Assembly: GCA_049516875.1 (NCBI GenBank)
Contig: JBEKSS010000001.1
Location: forward strand, 32,001-96,000
Direction of reading: 5' to 3'
Source of the DNA: Candidatus Bathyarchaeia archaeon
GTDB taxonomy: Archaea; Thermoproteota; Bathyarchaeia; Bathyarchaeales; Bathycorpusculaceae
Length of the DNA stretch: 64,000 bases
Numbering within the stretch: position 1 is the first letter of the stretch; every line of letters starts with the position of its first letter. Both the position numbers and the translations under genes were made by a program. The notes below the pieces were generated by a model. That model did not search any database. It saw only the letters and a list, made by a program, of their open reading frames with translations, and was not told where the DNA came from. Shown here piece after piece: positions 19,029 to 29,919 of this stretch.

Positions 19029-19360
19029 ACCTGGTAAAATCTTGGCACTCCACTATTGTCGGACGCGTTCACGGAGAACTCAAACAAATCGCAGAAAAAC
19101 TGAAGTCAGAGTTGCGCAGAACTTGACGTTTCTCTTTTGCACGTGTTAGGGGTAGTGTTCTACTGCGGTAATGTTGCTATCGTAGTGGTACAAGGACAAT
19201 GAGCGCTAGAAGCGCGCGAGTTCAGGCATATACGCTACGCGAGTTTGAACAAACGAGTGAGGCCGCATTGATGGTTTTGGCAGCGATGCCGAACGATATG
19301 TAGCGCGCTGTGCTTAGATGCTCACCCCATAAAACACATATCACGTCCGTGAAGGTCAAA

Positions 19361-19585
19361 TCATTGTTTTTGTCCGCATTGAGGACAGAAGCGTGCTGAG
19401 ACAGGTATTCTGCTTTTGCAGTTGGGGCAGATTTTTAATACAAGTTGGGAACGTAACAAGGCCCCGCAAAAATTGCAGTAGATAGAGACAGAGGAGACAT
19501 TATTCCCACATCGCGGGCAAATCAAGTACTGCCCCGGCAAAGGAAGGGGAACAAGAACCCATCCTCCAACGTTCAACTCGTCCAC
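19361..19585 (-). CDS. Double zinc-ribbon protein
   Basis: CPRCG, CNFCG, CPNC, CPQCG. Confidence 0.75.
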   Translation of the reverse strand: MDELNVGGWVLVPLPLPGQYLICPRCGNNVSSVSIYCNFCGALLRSQLVLKICPNCKSRIPVSARFCPQCGQKQ

Positions 19586-19624
19586 CTTGTTAGAATACGG
19601 TCTTTCCTCTTCGTTTCGTGCACG

Positions 19625-19819
19625 CTAACGATCTGCGTATTTCTCTGAATGTAACTGTCCACCCGTTGCCCAGTTGGTCTTCGAGGCTTCGTAAATGATG
19701 ACGGTAACTGCTTCCCGGGGAATACCCAGTTCCTCAAGCACACTTGTCATTCCTTCAACGACCTTCTTCTTATTCTCTATGCTCATACCGGCCCAAACAG
19801 AGACTTGAACGACAGGCAA
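19625..19819 (-). CDS. 4-oxalocrotonate tautomerase family protein
   Basis: TTG start gives (M)PVVQVSVWAG...NWATGG with catalytic Pro1. Confidence 0.88.
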   Translation of the reverse strand: MPVVQVSVWAGMSIENKKKVVEGMTSVLEELGIPREAVTVIIYEASKTNWATGGQLHSEKYADR

Positions 19820-20227
19820 TTCAGCTACCCCAACGTAACAATATCTTTTTCCACCTATAAAGGCAATCTTCTGTTTCTTTTGAGCGCGCGCGTCAACATA
19901 CCGTAGAGGCGTCATGGATCCTGTAGTGAATCCGTTAGCGCGCGCCAGCAGCTTCACTGGAAACTTGATTTCAGCGTTCCCCAGGAGCCCATCGGCCAGA
20001 CGTTGAATGTTGGAAATCACGTTGTTGCGAAGATAAACGGCGCAATGATGCTTCTAACAAGCCGCCAGCATCAGAATTACATTGATAAAGGTGTAGCGGT
20101 GAAGCCGTGACGCCATAGCACCTACAGGTTTCAACAAGTACTACTGTCTTTAGGGATGAAATTGGGTCTAATTCTGAAAAACCATTTAATAAGCGCGTGG
20201 CTTGCTGTCTGTATGGTGATGTGAAAA

Positions 20228-20809
20228 GTGAAGAAAAGCATGAAGATAGCTGCTGTAGCTGTGGTGTTGTGCCTAGCCGCGGGTGTAATCGCCTTCGCGT
20301 ACGCAGGGTCACAGAACGCTTTGAATGCAAATGCTGACGACCAACAGACAGGCACACAGAACATGCAGACCTTTCTCGGACCGAACAACCAGACCTTTTA
20401 CGAGTGGAACAACTGTACGATTTCGGACCACATGAGGCGCATGCCGCAAATGCGGGCGAACGATCTTCAACTGCCTTACGGACTCTTGGAGAACGCTACG
20501 CTTTCAACGGTTAATGGAACAGTAGTCTCAGAAGTTAAGGGCATGCTAATCTTGGACACTGACTCGAGCCAGGTCCGGGTTTTGCTGCCTAAAGACTGGA
20601 CTGTGGGCGACCAAGTCGTGGGCAGAGCCAGCCTATTCAACGGCACGTTTGCGAGTCCAGGTCAGAGCGTGACGGTTGAAGTGTTGGAAAGCGACGTGTT
20701 CAGTAACGCGAACTTCAGCATTAACGTCATGCTAGGCTACGAAGTAACCAACGCAACTGGCGCACAAGCATACGCGGTGCTACCCTTCAACATACAACCC
20801 GCTAGCTAA
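20228..20809 (+). CDS. Secreted hypothetical protein
   Basis: Signal peptide, multiple N-glycosylation sequons, T-rich terminator after stop. Confidence 0.75.
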   Translation: MKKSMKIAAVAVVLCLAAGVIAFAYAGSQNALNANADDQQTGTQNMQTFLGPNNQTFYEWNNCTISDHMRRMPQMRANDLQLPYGLLENATLSTVNGTVVSEVKGMLILDTDSSQVRVLLPKDWTVGDQVVGRASLFNGTFASPGQSVTVEVLESDVFSNANFSINVMLGYEVTNATGAQAYAVLPFNIQPAS

Positions 20810-21413
20810 ACTATCCCCCCCTTTTTTGTTGTGTATCCTGGTTTAGAAAACCTTCGAACAAGGTTGGATGTGCATTTTTAGTTCTTTCGGGCAACTGGGG
20901 TGCAATGTTTGACTTTTGTTGCAATAAGATACCGCCATCGATCGCGTGAATGTGCGATACTCAGTTGAATTGTTCGCATATTCTAAATATGAGAGTGTAA
21001 GCAGTGAATCAGGCTTCTCAACCAGCCTCCATATGGCCATTTGTTCCAATTTCATCTCTAATCTAATCTTGCTCGCGCGCGCCTGGTGGCGTTTGTTGTG
21101 TTCTTGATCAGAAGAAAAGAGCGCGTGGCATAGCTGCCATGAAGAGGGACCATCAGTAATCGAGACGAGAGCGATTTCGAGCGCGCGAAATGAGCTCTAC
21201 ATTGTCCGCTCCATGATTATTCTCCTTTTTGCGCAGCGACAAGCCTAAATCTTGCCATGTGAACATGATCATAACGAGAGTGGCAGATGAAGCTGAGATT
21301 TTTCTCCTTTCTCCCCTCTTAAGGCTGATGAAGTCTACCATTCTCCACTTTTCTTCTGACGTTCTCTGGACTTTCGAGAAACTGTCTCTTCTTTTTCCAG
21401 TCTAAGCAGTCTT

Positions 21414-21746
21414 TTATAACCAGCCATGCTTAATCGTTGAAGGTGTTGTCGCTGGCCTCTTCCGTTTCTCACTTTTCTTTTCTTTGAACTTGTGGATTTT
21501 GACAGCATCACCTTCGACTGCAACCCAATACTCGTTGTTGAGATGTCGATGGTAGAGGAATTTGTTCACCACTCCCTTCAGCTCCTGCACGGACAGTTTC
21601 TCGGAACCTAACAACAGATTATGGCCGTGAGAAGCAACCTCCTCATTGAGGGACTTGTGCAGAAAAACAGACAGAGGTTCCTTTTCATCTTCCAACTCGC
21701 CCCAATCCACTTTCAACTTCTTCCCCCCAGAAAACAAGCCGCTCAT
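21414..21746 (-). CDS. Ribosomal protein eL22-like protein
   Basis: LSVQELKGVVNKFLYHRHLNNEYWV resembles the eL22 C-terminal helix/strand; basic tail; 110 aa. Confidence 0.5.
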   Translation of the reverse strand: MSGLFSGGKKLKVDWGELEDEKEPLSVFLHKSLNEEVASHGHNLLLGSEKLSVQELKGVVNKFLYHRHLNNEYWVAVEGDAVKIHKFKEKKSEKRKRPATTPSTIKHGWL

Positions 21747-22004
21747 TCTCCACTATGGTGAGAGTTGCATCAACTAGAAACGTATATGCTTTTTCTCTCA
21801 ATAAAATCGCGCGAAATCTTCGCACGTGCCATAAAGAACTCTTCTTTGCTCAATCATATCGAGTCTGTCAGGTTAGTTTTCTCAGAACCACTTCAACATC
21901 GCGCGCGCTTGGGTCTAATTTCTCGAGTTTACTGCAAACCACAGTGGCACGCGCTACAGCATCGAAGGTCATTGATTTATTATAAATCGAAGAGCGCGCT
22001 AGCG

Positions 22005-22115
22005 TGTTCCTAAATTCCTTTCTTAATGTGTGGCAGGGTTGAGTTGTGTGCCTCTCTAATGGAACGTACTATGAAGAGAGAAGTACGAGATATGTCGCAA
22101 ACGAATTTAGGAACA
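22005..22115. mobile_element. 111-bp MITE, copy A
   Basis: Perfect 13-bp TIR TGTTCCTAAATTC/GAATTTAGGAACA; inverted identical copy at 44844-44952. Confidence 0.85.
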
Positions 22116-22152
22116 AATCGTTATCTTTGGTATTGTTTGAACAGATGATAAG

Positions 22153-23334
22153 ATGACTCCAAGAGGTAAGGGTTTTTCAACCAAAGCCGTTCACGCAGGG
22201 GATAAGCGGGGTTCTTCTACAGGAGCTGTTGTTGAGCCGATCTATGAGACATCGGTCTTCGCGTTTTCCAGCACGAGGGAATTGGTAGACGTTATGGGTG
22301 AAAAAGCTGAGGGGTATGTTTACACTAGGTATGGTAATCCGACGAGTAGAAGCGTTGAGAACAAGATGGCCGAACTTGAAGAGAGTGAAGATGCGGCGGT
22401 TTTCTCGTCGGGTATGGCGGCCATTGCGACAACGTTTTTCACGCTGGTTTCGTCAGGTGACCATGTTGTCTCCATTAGGGATTTGTACGGTGGAACGTTG
22501 GAATTCTTCACTAAGGTTTTGCCGAAATTCGGTGTGGAAGCAACTTTGGTTGATGCTTCGGACTTGGATGAAATAAGGTCCGCGATTCGAAGCAACACTA
22601 AGGTCATTTACGCTGAAACGCCGACTAACCCTACGCTTAAAGTTGTAGATTTACTCGAGGTCGCTAAGATTGGAAAAGAAAAAGGAGCAACGGTTGTTGT
22701 TGACAGCACCTTTGCTTCTCCCTACAATACGAAGCCTACAGAGCTGGGCGCCGATATCGTCGTTCACAGCGCCACAAAATACTTGAGCGGGCATAACGAC
22801 GTGACCGCCGGAGTGATGTGTGGTTCAGAAAAGCTTGCTCAAGAAATAAGAAAAATGCGCAAAAGCTTGGGCGGAACTCTTGATCCCCTCGCCGCATGGC
22901 TGCTGCTACGCGGGTTGAAGACTTTGGGTTTACGAATGGAGAGGCATAACTCCAACGGTATCAAGGTTGCAAGGTATCTTGAGAAACATCCTAAGGTCAA
23001 GACGGTACACTATCCAGGTCTCGAAAGTCATCCTCAGCATTCAATTGCCAAACGACAAATGAGGGGGTTCGGAGGAGTCGTCAGCTTTGAAATGGACGGA
23101 GACTTTGAGACAACCGTCAAATTCGTGGAAAATCTTGAACTCTGTTCTTTAGCCGCCAGTCTTGGAGGAACTGAAACCTTGGTTACCCAGCCCGTCACTG
23201 CCTCTCACTACTTCGTCAGCGCAGAAGACCGAAGAAGGGCGGGGATAACGGATCAGCTAGTGAGGTTGGCTCTGGGAATAGAAGACCCAGAAGACATCAT
23301 CGCCGACTTAGAGCAGGCCTTCGACAAAATTTAG
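22153..23334 (+). CDS. Cys/Met metabolism PLP enzyme (cystathionine gamma-synthase/lyase or Met gamma-lyase)
   Basis: [35 protein letters not shown]. Confidence 0.93.
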   Translation: MTPRGKGFSTKAVHAGDKRGSSTGAVVEPIYETSVFAFSSTRELVDVMGEKAEGYVYTRYGNPTSRSVENKMAELEESEDAAVFSSGMAAIATTFFTLVSSGDHVVSIRDLYGGTLEFFTKVLPKFGVEATLVDASDLDEIRSAIRSNTKVIYAETPTNPTLKVVDLLEVAKIGKEKGATVVVDSTFASPYNTKPTELGADIVVHSATKYLSGHNDVTAGVMCGSEKLAQEIRKMRKSLGGTLDPLAAWLLLRGLKTLGLRMERHNSNGIKVARYLEKHPKVKTVHYPGLESHPQHSIAKRQMRGFGGVVSFEMDGDFETTVKFVENLELCSLAASLGGTETLVTQPVTASHYFVSAEDRRRAGITDQLVRLALGIEDPEDIIADLEQAFDKI

Positions 23335-23548
23335 CATAAGCGACGCGCGCGCATAAGAACCCCTGCCTGTGACCTCAAGTTTGTTACGGTATGTGTCAGA
23401 GACCCTTTTCGTTCCCAGTTTGTTATACTCCCTCTCAGAAAATGCAAGCCCACTAATGCAAATAGTATTGCAGAAGCCTGTTGGTACGTCTTTCCCACAG
23501 CATATATTCAGCACGCCTTACAAAGACGAACGTCCCAAAGCTGCTCTT

Positions 23549-23647
23549 TTACCTTCTCTTCTGTTTTTTTCCACCACGAGCTCTTCTCGTCTGATGACCC
23601 TTCTGTCTATCAATCGTTTTTCCAGCGGGTTTGTTTCTCTTGCTCAC
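23549..23647 (-). CDS. Basic microprotein (32 aa), paralog of 46146-46259
   Basis: MSKRNKPAGKTIDRQKGHQTRRARGGKKQKRR; GAGGTGA SD. Confidence 0.7.
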   Translation of the reverse strand: MSKRNKPAGKTIDRQKGHQTRRARGGKKQKRR

Positions 23648-23924
23648 GTTCTGTCACCTCTATCTCAATCACCCATCCCAAACAAATTCAGTAGCGCCAC
23701 ACTTCAGTTGTTATCGAGAAGACATATAAATCAAGCTTTCCATGCAGTGCCGCATGCAACGTTGGCGCTATTCAAAAAGACCAGTGCCCCCTAAGGGCTT
23801 TTGAGGGTAGAGGAAAAAAGTGTTTGAAGCGCGATTGAAACACGATTTTGTAACAAGAAAATGGAAGAAACCACACATTTCACGAGTATGCGCCAAACTC
23901 CAAAAGCTTAGTGTACGCCAAGCG

Positions 23925-24110
23925 CATGACACGAGTCTCCAGCAAACACGAACTACAAGCCACCAACCGTTTGAGCCTCAAAAAAACCACGGATTGAGTA
24001 CTCAAAAGCAGAAGGTCGAAACCCGACATGCAACCCGCACGAACAACCATCAGAATTCACCTTTTGACACTCAAAGAAATCACGGATTGAATACTCAAAA
24101 GCAAGGGCTC
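23925..24110 (-). repeat. Double-palindrome intergenic repeat, two tandem copies
   Basis: TTTGAGCCTCAAAAAAACCACGGATTGAGTACTCAAAAGCA (to 24010) and a diverged copy 24061-24110. Confidence 0.85.
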
Positions 24111-24116
24111 TGGATC

Positions 24117-25418
24117 TCAGCCTTTCAGCTTCTCGGCGACCTCTTCGATTTTGACGGTTTTCTGCTCTCTCTTCGCCAGATCTCGCACCACAACCGCTCC
24201 CTCCTTCAGCTCTCTTTCTCCCACCATCACAGCGTAGCTCATCCTTCTTCTGTCCGCGTCCTCCAAGGCTCTAGCCATCTTCCGCCCCATGACCTCAACC
24301 TCAACACACACTCCCGCTTCCCTAAGCATCTGCGAAACCCTCAAAGCCTCACCCCTCAACTCTTCTTTGATGGGAATAACCAGCACCGTCCTTTCATCCC
24401 CAGCCTTCCGCACGGCTTTCTCCGTAACCTTCTGCTCCTGCAACGCCAGCATCATCCTGTCCACTCCGTGAGCAACACCCACGGCGGGCGTTGGATCGCC
24501 CCCGAACAGCTCGATAAGCCTGTCGTACCTTCCGCCTCCGCCCAGCGCTAAATCCATGCCTGGCACGTACACCTCAAGAATCATTCCCGTGTAATACTCA
24601 AGCCCCCTCGCGAAACCCGCGTCCACCATCATGTCAACCTTGCACCCGCTCTTCAGGACAAGAGTCAGGATTTCGCCGAGGTTTCTCGCAGCCTCAACAG
24701 ACTTCTCATAACCCTTCACAAGCTCGGTTATCCTGTCAGCCACCTCGAGAACGTCGCTGCCCCTGAGCTTCACCAGCTTTCGAAGCGTCAACATACACTT
24801 TTGCGACACGCCGGCATTTTCCACCAGCTTGAAAGCGTCGTCATACTGCTTCTTGTCCATCAGCTGCATGACCGCGCTCTGCACCTTGTCCACAACCTTC
24901 TCCTGGTTCAGCATCCCCCTCAGAACACCGACGTGACCAACCTTCAACGCAAACTTGTTCAACCCCGCGGCCCGCATCAAGCTGTTCGTCAGCAAAAGGA
25001 TTTCAGCGTCCGCCTCCGGCCTGCCGGAACCCATCAGCTCGTAGTTCGTCTGCCAAAACTCTCTGTAACGGCCCCGCTGCGGCTCATCATAACGGTATAT
25101 GCTCCCAACCGAGAAAAGCCTGAACGGTCTGGGTTCGTTCCGCAACGTCGTAGCTACGAGCCTGGCCACGGAGGCCGTGAACTCTGGGCGCAGTGCGACG
25201 TCTCTTTCGCCCAGATCCTTGAACACGAACATGCGCGACTTGACCTCTTCCCCGGCTTTCGCTGACAGCAACTCGTACGACTCCACAACGGGCGTCACAA
25301 TCTCCTTGTACCCGTAAAGACACGCCACTTCCTTGGCCTTGCCTTCAACAAGTCTCAGCAGCCTGGCTTCTTCGGGCAGGAAGTCCCTCATGCCGCGGAC
25401 GGTCTTGAACTCGGCCAT
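24117..25418 (-). CDS. hisS: Histidyl-tRNA synthetase
   Basis: RGMRDFLP, LRPEFTAS, RYDEPQRGRYREF, RGLEYYTG, GGGRYD. Confidence 0.97.
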   Translation of the reverse strand: MAEFKTVRGMRDFLPEEARLLRLVEGKAKEVACLYGYKEIVTPVVESYELLSAKAGEEVKSRMFVFKDLGERDVALRPEFTASVARLVATTLRNEPRPFRLFSVGSIYRYDEPQRGRYREFWQTNYELMGSGRPEADAEILLLTNSLMRAAGLNKFALKVGHVGVLRGMLNQEKVVDKVQSAVMQLMDKKQYDDAFKLVENAGVSQKCMLTLRKLVKLRGSDVLEVADRITELVKGYEKSVEAARNLGEILTLVLKSGCKVDMMVDAGFARGLEYYTGMILEVYVPGMDLALGGGGRYDRLIELFGGDPTPAVGVAHGVDRMMLALQEQKVTEKAVRKAGDERTVLVIPIKEELRGEALRVSQMLREAGVCVEVEVMGRKMARALEDADRRRMSYAVMVGERELKEGAVVVRDLAKREQKTVKIEEVAEKLKG

Positions 25419-25436
25419 TCTCAGCTTTCTCCGTTG

Positions 25437-25988
25437 TCACTTCAGATTTAGTTCTGAAACGGAGTAGTAAACTATTTCTCCTCTGCGGTTCATGACCGCC
25501 AGGACGAGCTCCTTCTTGAGGCTGAGGCTCTGCGTCAGCGCGCGGCTCAGGCTTTCAACCGCAATGGGCTTTCCCTCCTGAACGCTGACTATCAGGTACT
25601 TGGCCGTGTCCTTGCTGTAGTTGCCCCTCTCGTAAACTCGAAAGTCGACGCCCTGGCCGAAGCCTTCCCGCACGACGTACCCCCTGCTTCTCAAATCGCG
25701 GAAAACCAGGTAACACGCCCAAGCGTTCTCGTTAACCGTCTCGTAACACTGGAGCAGCCGCTGGAAACCCACTCTGTCATCGTTCTCGTCCCCAACCTCC
25801 AGCATCGCCCTGTCCACAAGGTAGAGCGCCTCGTAAAACGTTAGCTGAAAAGTCTTCTTTCCCGGCACTCCGTAGCCTCTGGAGGCAAGCTCGTTGACGA
25901 ACCGTTTTTCAGAAACCTTCACGCCCTCTTTGACGAGCAGGCCCTTGGCTCTGAGCTCCGGCGCGCTTGGCTCTTCACTCTTGCTCAT
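25437..25988 (-). CDS. endA: tRNA splicing endonuclease subunit, probably structural
   Basis: YEALYL, VFRDLRSRGYVV, DFRVYERG; catalytic His not present. Confidence 0.82.
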   Translation of the reverse strand: MSKSEEPSAPELRAKGLLVKEGVKVSEKRFVNELASRGYGVPGKKTFQLTFYEALYLVDRAMLEVGDENDDRVGFQRLLQCYETVNENAWACYLVFRDLRSRGYVVREGFGQGVDFRVYERGNYSKDTAKYLIVSVQEGKPIAVESLSRALTQSLSLKKELVLAVMNRRGEIVYYSVSELNLK

Positions 25989-26017
25989 CTGGACCCCCCG
26001 CTAGCTTAGGAGCGTCT

Positions 26018-27043
26018 TCACTTATAGCGGTTGGCCTGAAGCCGTTTCAAATCTTTCCTGCGTAATACGCCGGTTTCGCATACGATGGCTGAGACGTACT
26101 TGAACGGGGTTACGTCGAATGCCGGGTTCAGGACGTCGACTCCTTCGGGGGCGATGCGTTGCTGGCCTATATGCGTGACTTCTTCGGGCTTGCGTTCCTC
26201 GATGACAACCTGTGCGGACGTGTGGGCCATGTCGAACGTGGATTTGGGTGCTGCGACGTAGAAGGGAATCCTGTGTTGTTTGGCTAAGACAGCGACGGTG
26301 AAGGTGCCGATCTTGTTGATGACGGCGTCTCGGACTATGCGGTCTGCTCCCACGATGACCTTGTTCACCATGCGCTTGCTCATCACGTAGCCCACCGTGC
26401 CGTCCGTGATCAATGTTACCGGTATGCCTGCTCGCTTGAGCTCGTAAGCGGTCAGCCTTGCGCCCTGCAGGAGTGGGCGAGTCTCATCCGCGAAAACCCT
26501 GAACCTTTTCCCCTGTTCCCAAGCGGTCTTCAGGACACCTAGGGCCGTGCCAAAGTCCACAGTGGCCAGTGCGCCGGCGTTGCAGTGCGTCAACACAGCA
26601 TCTCCGTCAAGGATGAGCTTGGCGCCGTGCTTGCCAATCAGGCGGTTTGAAGCCGCGTCCTCCTCGGCAATCCTGTTTGCTTCCTCAACGACGGAGGCGG
26701 CCACATCGTCGGCACTGCCTAACGCGGTCTTGGCTTTGTCAAGGATTCTGTCCAGAGCCCAGAAGAGGTTGACGGCCGTGGGCCGTGTTGCCCTTATGGT
26801 CGCAGCGGCCCTTTCGAGTTCGCTGACCAGTTCTTTCTTGGTCTTCGCTTCTGAGTTGTGTGCTGTCAGGGCTAGGGCGTAGGCGGCGGCTGCTCCGAGG
26901 AGGGGTGCGCCTCTTATCTTCATCGTTTTTATGGCGCCGGCCACGTCTTCGCAGTTTTTCAGGCTGAGCATGACCTCTTCGTTTGGAAGTTTCGTCTGGT
27001 CAATCGTCAGCACCGTGCCGTTGCGCCACTGTATCGTTCGCAT
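26018..27043 (-). CDS. mtnA: Methylthioribose-1-phosphate isomerase (eIF-2B family)
   Basis: IDQTKLP, IRGAP, TRPTAVNL, THCNAGALAT, ETRPLLQGARLT, NPAFDVTP. Confidence 0.9.
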   Translation of the reverse strand: MRTIQWRNGTVLTIDQTKLPNEEVMLSLKNCEDVAGAIKTMKIRGAPLLGAAAAYALALTAHNSEAKTKKELVSELERAAATIRATRPTAVNLFWALDRILDKAKTALGSADDVAASVVEEANRIAEEDAASNRLIGKHGAKLILDGDAVLTHCNAGALATVDFGTALGVLKTAWEQGKRFRVFADETRPLLQGARLTAYELKRAGIPVTLITDGTVGYVMSKRMVNKVIVGADRIVRDAVINKIGTFTVAVLAKQHRIPFYVAAPKSTFDMAHTSAQVVIEERKPEEVTHIGQQRIAPEGVDVLNPAFDVTPFKYVSAIVCETGVLRRKDLKRLQANRYK

Positions 27044-27082
27044 GGCTTTTGCCTCGTAAACCGCTTATGCTTCGGGTGTATA

Positions 27083-27796
27083 ATGTTTGTCGGCCAGGTG
27101 AAAAAGGTTATGAAAACGGTGAGCCTCAGAACGTTTGTTGAAGCCTTTGGGCAGAGGTATTCTGAGGTTTTGGGCATAGAGGTTTCAGGCGGTGGTGATG
27201 GGGAGGTTTTCAAGTGGTTTTTGGCTTCGTTGCTGTTCGGCGCCCCCATCACGGAGTCAGCGGCCATCAGGACTTACCGCTGTTTCGAGAAGCGCGGTGT
27301 TCTGGCGCCGGGGCGGATTCTCAGGACCGGGTGGGACGGTCTGGTCGAAATCTTGGACGAGGGCGGCTACACGCGTTACGACTTCAAGACGGCGGACAAG
27401 CTTCTGGAGGTTGGGGGGAACCTTGTGGAAGCGTACTCTGGGAGTCTCAGCCGTGTTCACGGTTCGGCTTCTGACTCGCGTGATTTGGAGAGGAGGTTGA
27501 AAGGCTTGGGGAAGGGGGTTGGAGACGTGACGGTGAGCATTTTTCTGAGGGAGCTGCGGAGCGTGTGGGAGAAGGCTGATCCTTTTCCGACGGGTCTCGA
27601 GGTTCTTGCTGGTGAACGGCTCGGAATCCTGAAGAATGGAGCTGAAGCCGAAGAGGCTTTGAAACGGTTGAAGGGTTTCTGGGCCAGGAACAGGGTTGCT
27701 GGAAAATCGTTCGTGCAGTTTGAAACTGCTTTGCTCAGGCTGGGCAAGGAGTGCAGAAAGGGAGAATGCAGTGTTCGCTTGGCCAAGCGTGGGTAG
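27083..27796 (+). CDS. HhH-GPD superfamily DNA-glycosylase-like protein
   Basis: FKWFLASLLFG, GGYTRYD, KGVGDVTVSIFLREL. Confidence 0.75.
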   Translation: MFVGQVKKVMKTVSLRTFVEAFGQRYSEVLGIEVSGGGDGEVFKWFLASLLFGAPITESAAIRTYRCFEKRGVLAPGRILRTGWDGLVEILDEGGYTRYDFKTADKLLEVGGNLVEAYSGSLSRVHGSASDSRDLERRLKGLGKGVGDVTVSIFLRELRSVWEKADPFPTGLEVLAGERLGILKNGAEAEEALKRLKGFWARNRVAGKSFVQFETALLRLGKECRKGECSVRLAKRG

Positions 27797-27801
27797 CGCT
27801 G

Positions 27802-27908
27802 TATGTTGGAGTTCGAGTCCTTGCTTTTGAGTACTCAATCCGTGGTTTTTTTGAGACTCAAAAGGTTGATGGCGCGTGGTTCTGTGTTTGTTGGAGGCTC
27901 GTGTCATG
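27802..27908 (+). repeat. Double-palindrome intergenic repeat, copy 3
   Basis: TTGCTTTTGAGTACTCAATCCGTGGTTTTTTTGAGACTCAAAAGGTTG. Confidence 0.85.
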
Positions 27909-28085
27909 AGCTTGGCGGGCTGAGTGAGAATTTGCGGTTTTGTCTATCAGAAGGTAACAGTTTCGTGTGGCAACACCGTAGCAACCATTTTTTCGGAAAG
28001 CGCGCGAGTATGTCGGAAAAAAGATTTAAAGGCAAAACTGATGGATAGTTCTTGTATAGATTGAGATGTCGGTTGGGGGCATGTT

Positions 28086-29634
28086 ATGGACAACAGCGAT
28101 TTCTTCCTGGGGTTTGCTGCTCATGCGCACACTAAGAGTGAGCTTGGAATCGATCAGGTGAAGGAGGAGCTGAGGAGGGCAAATAGCGCAGAGGAAGCTC
28201 AGCGGCTGGCAGAAATGGTTCTTGATAGGCTTGCAACAGACGTCTCAAAAAGCGGATGTAGGCTTGATGATGTGAAACTGTTGGTCCTGTATGTGAGTTA
28301 CAGGGGAGAACCCGAAGAGAAGGATACTGTGATGTGCGAATCGATTCTGCGGTGCATCAAAGAGAGATTTGAGAAAGGTTCTGCTGCAAACCAGGTCCGA
28401 CTAATCGGACATACGACGGGTGGCGAACTGGAGAACGAAGACCTTGTGCTGAAGGAGGTTTCAGACATCGGGTACAATGGTTTGTCTCTTTTGGCTCTGG
28501 TTACAAACTTTCCAATAGGCGTGGGGCGAACTTGGAGTCTTCGAACGGCAAAGGAAGCAGGAGAGCAAGGGATGGAGATGGCTCGTGATGCGAGCGTTGA
28601 TTTCAGCCAACAGACTACAAACAAAGAGCAGCTACAAACTGGAAAGACTCTGCTTGTATTGACGCAAGGATCGAAAGTTGACACTCCAGGTTATGAGCAT
28701 TTCCTAGCCGAGGGAATTGCCAACTTCATGGGCAGCAACCGCGACGCAAGAATAGTGAACGTAATAGGCGGGAGCAGCGGTGATGGAATGACTGGCAAGG
28801 TTATTCATCAATTCTATGGCAGTTTGAAAGGGCAATCACAGTTTAGAGTTCTTGATGGTGAAGCAGTATGTGCTTTGATTCCCAACTTGCGTGAGACCTC
28901 TATAGGTGTCGACATAGGAACAGGAACGAGAATTGGAAGGCAGCACATATTTCATTTTGACCGTGAGAAGGAACTCCACTTCAAGTACGTTAAACGCATC
29001 GGCAACTAGGATTCTTGTACAAAGTATGCCAACATGATTTATGAAAATGAAGTTCGACTATCCAAGGAAAAGGGCTTGCCAATAGTTGACAAAAAAGTCA
29101 TTATACAGGGAATTTCCGATGCCCGCGCACAAAAAAGAATTTTAGTGTTCAATCCTATTCTGTACAGATACGCTTTCGCTTTTCCTTTTGGCAACTATGT
29201 TGCTAATGTCCCTCTGCGAGTGGTAGACGAAGATCTTGAACTTATCTTTCCAGTTAGAAGCTACACTCCCGAGATGCCAGGTTACTTTCATATTAGTTGA
29301 TCATGAGAAAATTCAGAAAGGAGCTCGCCGCGTGCATGATATACTGAGAGTAGATCAGGGCTTCAACTCTTGCATGAACAGGAGACTGGTTGAGCTGATG
29401 GCTGGATGTATATCTGGGACTGAAGCTGAGATATTGAAAGAAGGGCTTTCATCAACTCAGGTTATAGGATTTCTGGCATATGGCGAGATGGCATTCACTC
29501 ATCTAATCCAAGAGCCATACTTTCACGCCGGCAGATGCTGGGGAATCACACTTCATTCCAAAACTGCAACAACCGAATCGAAGGAAAAGAAAACTGAACT
29601 TGGCATTAATGGCTGGATTAAAGGAAAAACATAG
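28086..29634 (+). pseudogene. FIST-domain sensory protein, disrupted
   Basis: IGHTTGGE, GGSSGDG, IGFLAYGE motifs split by in-frame TAG (29007-29009) and a frameshift near 29285. Confidence 0.75.
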
Positions 29635-29919
29635 CCGGCAAACTAGTTTTGCAAGACTTGCAGAGCGCGCACAAAAATTCTCTCTTCAAACACTAGATGT
29701 GCAGCAATCTTATAGAGAGGCGATCGTTGGAGATGTTGCGAAGCTAATCAAATGCAAAGAACTGAAAAGTGCGCAGTGAACTTATGGAGCGCATCACTCC
29801 TTTTCTAGGCTTTCTGAGAATTTCAAGAAGAACAGGAAAATGACAGTTTTGTTACACTTTTCTGCTATAATTCCCCATGATTTTCCACGCTCTCAATAAG
29901 AACGCGAGCGTTTGTTTGG

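Noticed and set aside
19149-19166. Extra degenerate boundary site GGGGTAGTGTTCTAC
   Set aside because: Too many mismatches and no right arm.
23820-24551. ORFs 23820-24551 and 27257-27907 sharing HQPFExQKNHGLSTQKQ
   Set aside because: They are translations of the non-coding repeat running antisense into real genes.
29007-29009. Pyrrolysine readthrough of the in-frame TAG
   Set aside because: The same gene also has a frameshift, and no pyl genes are in the window.
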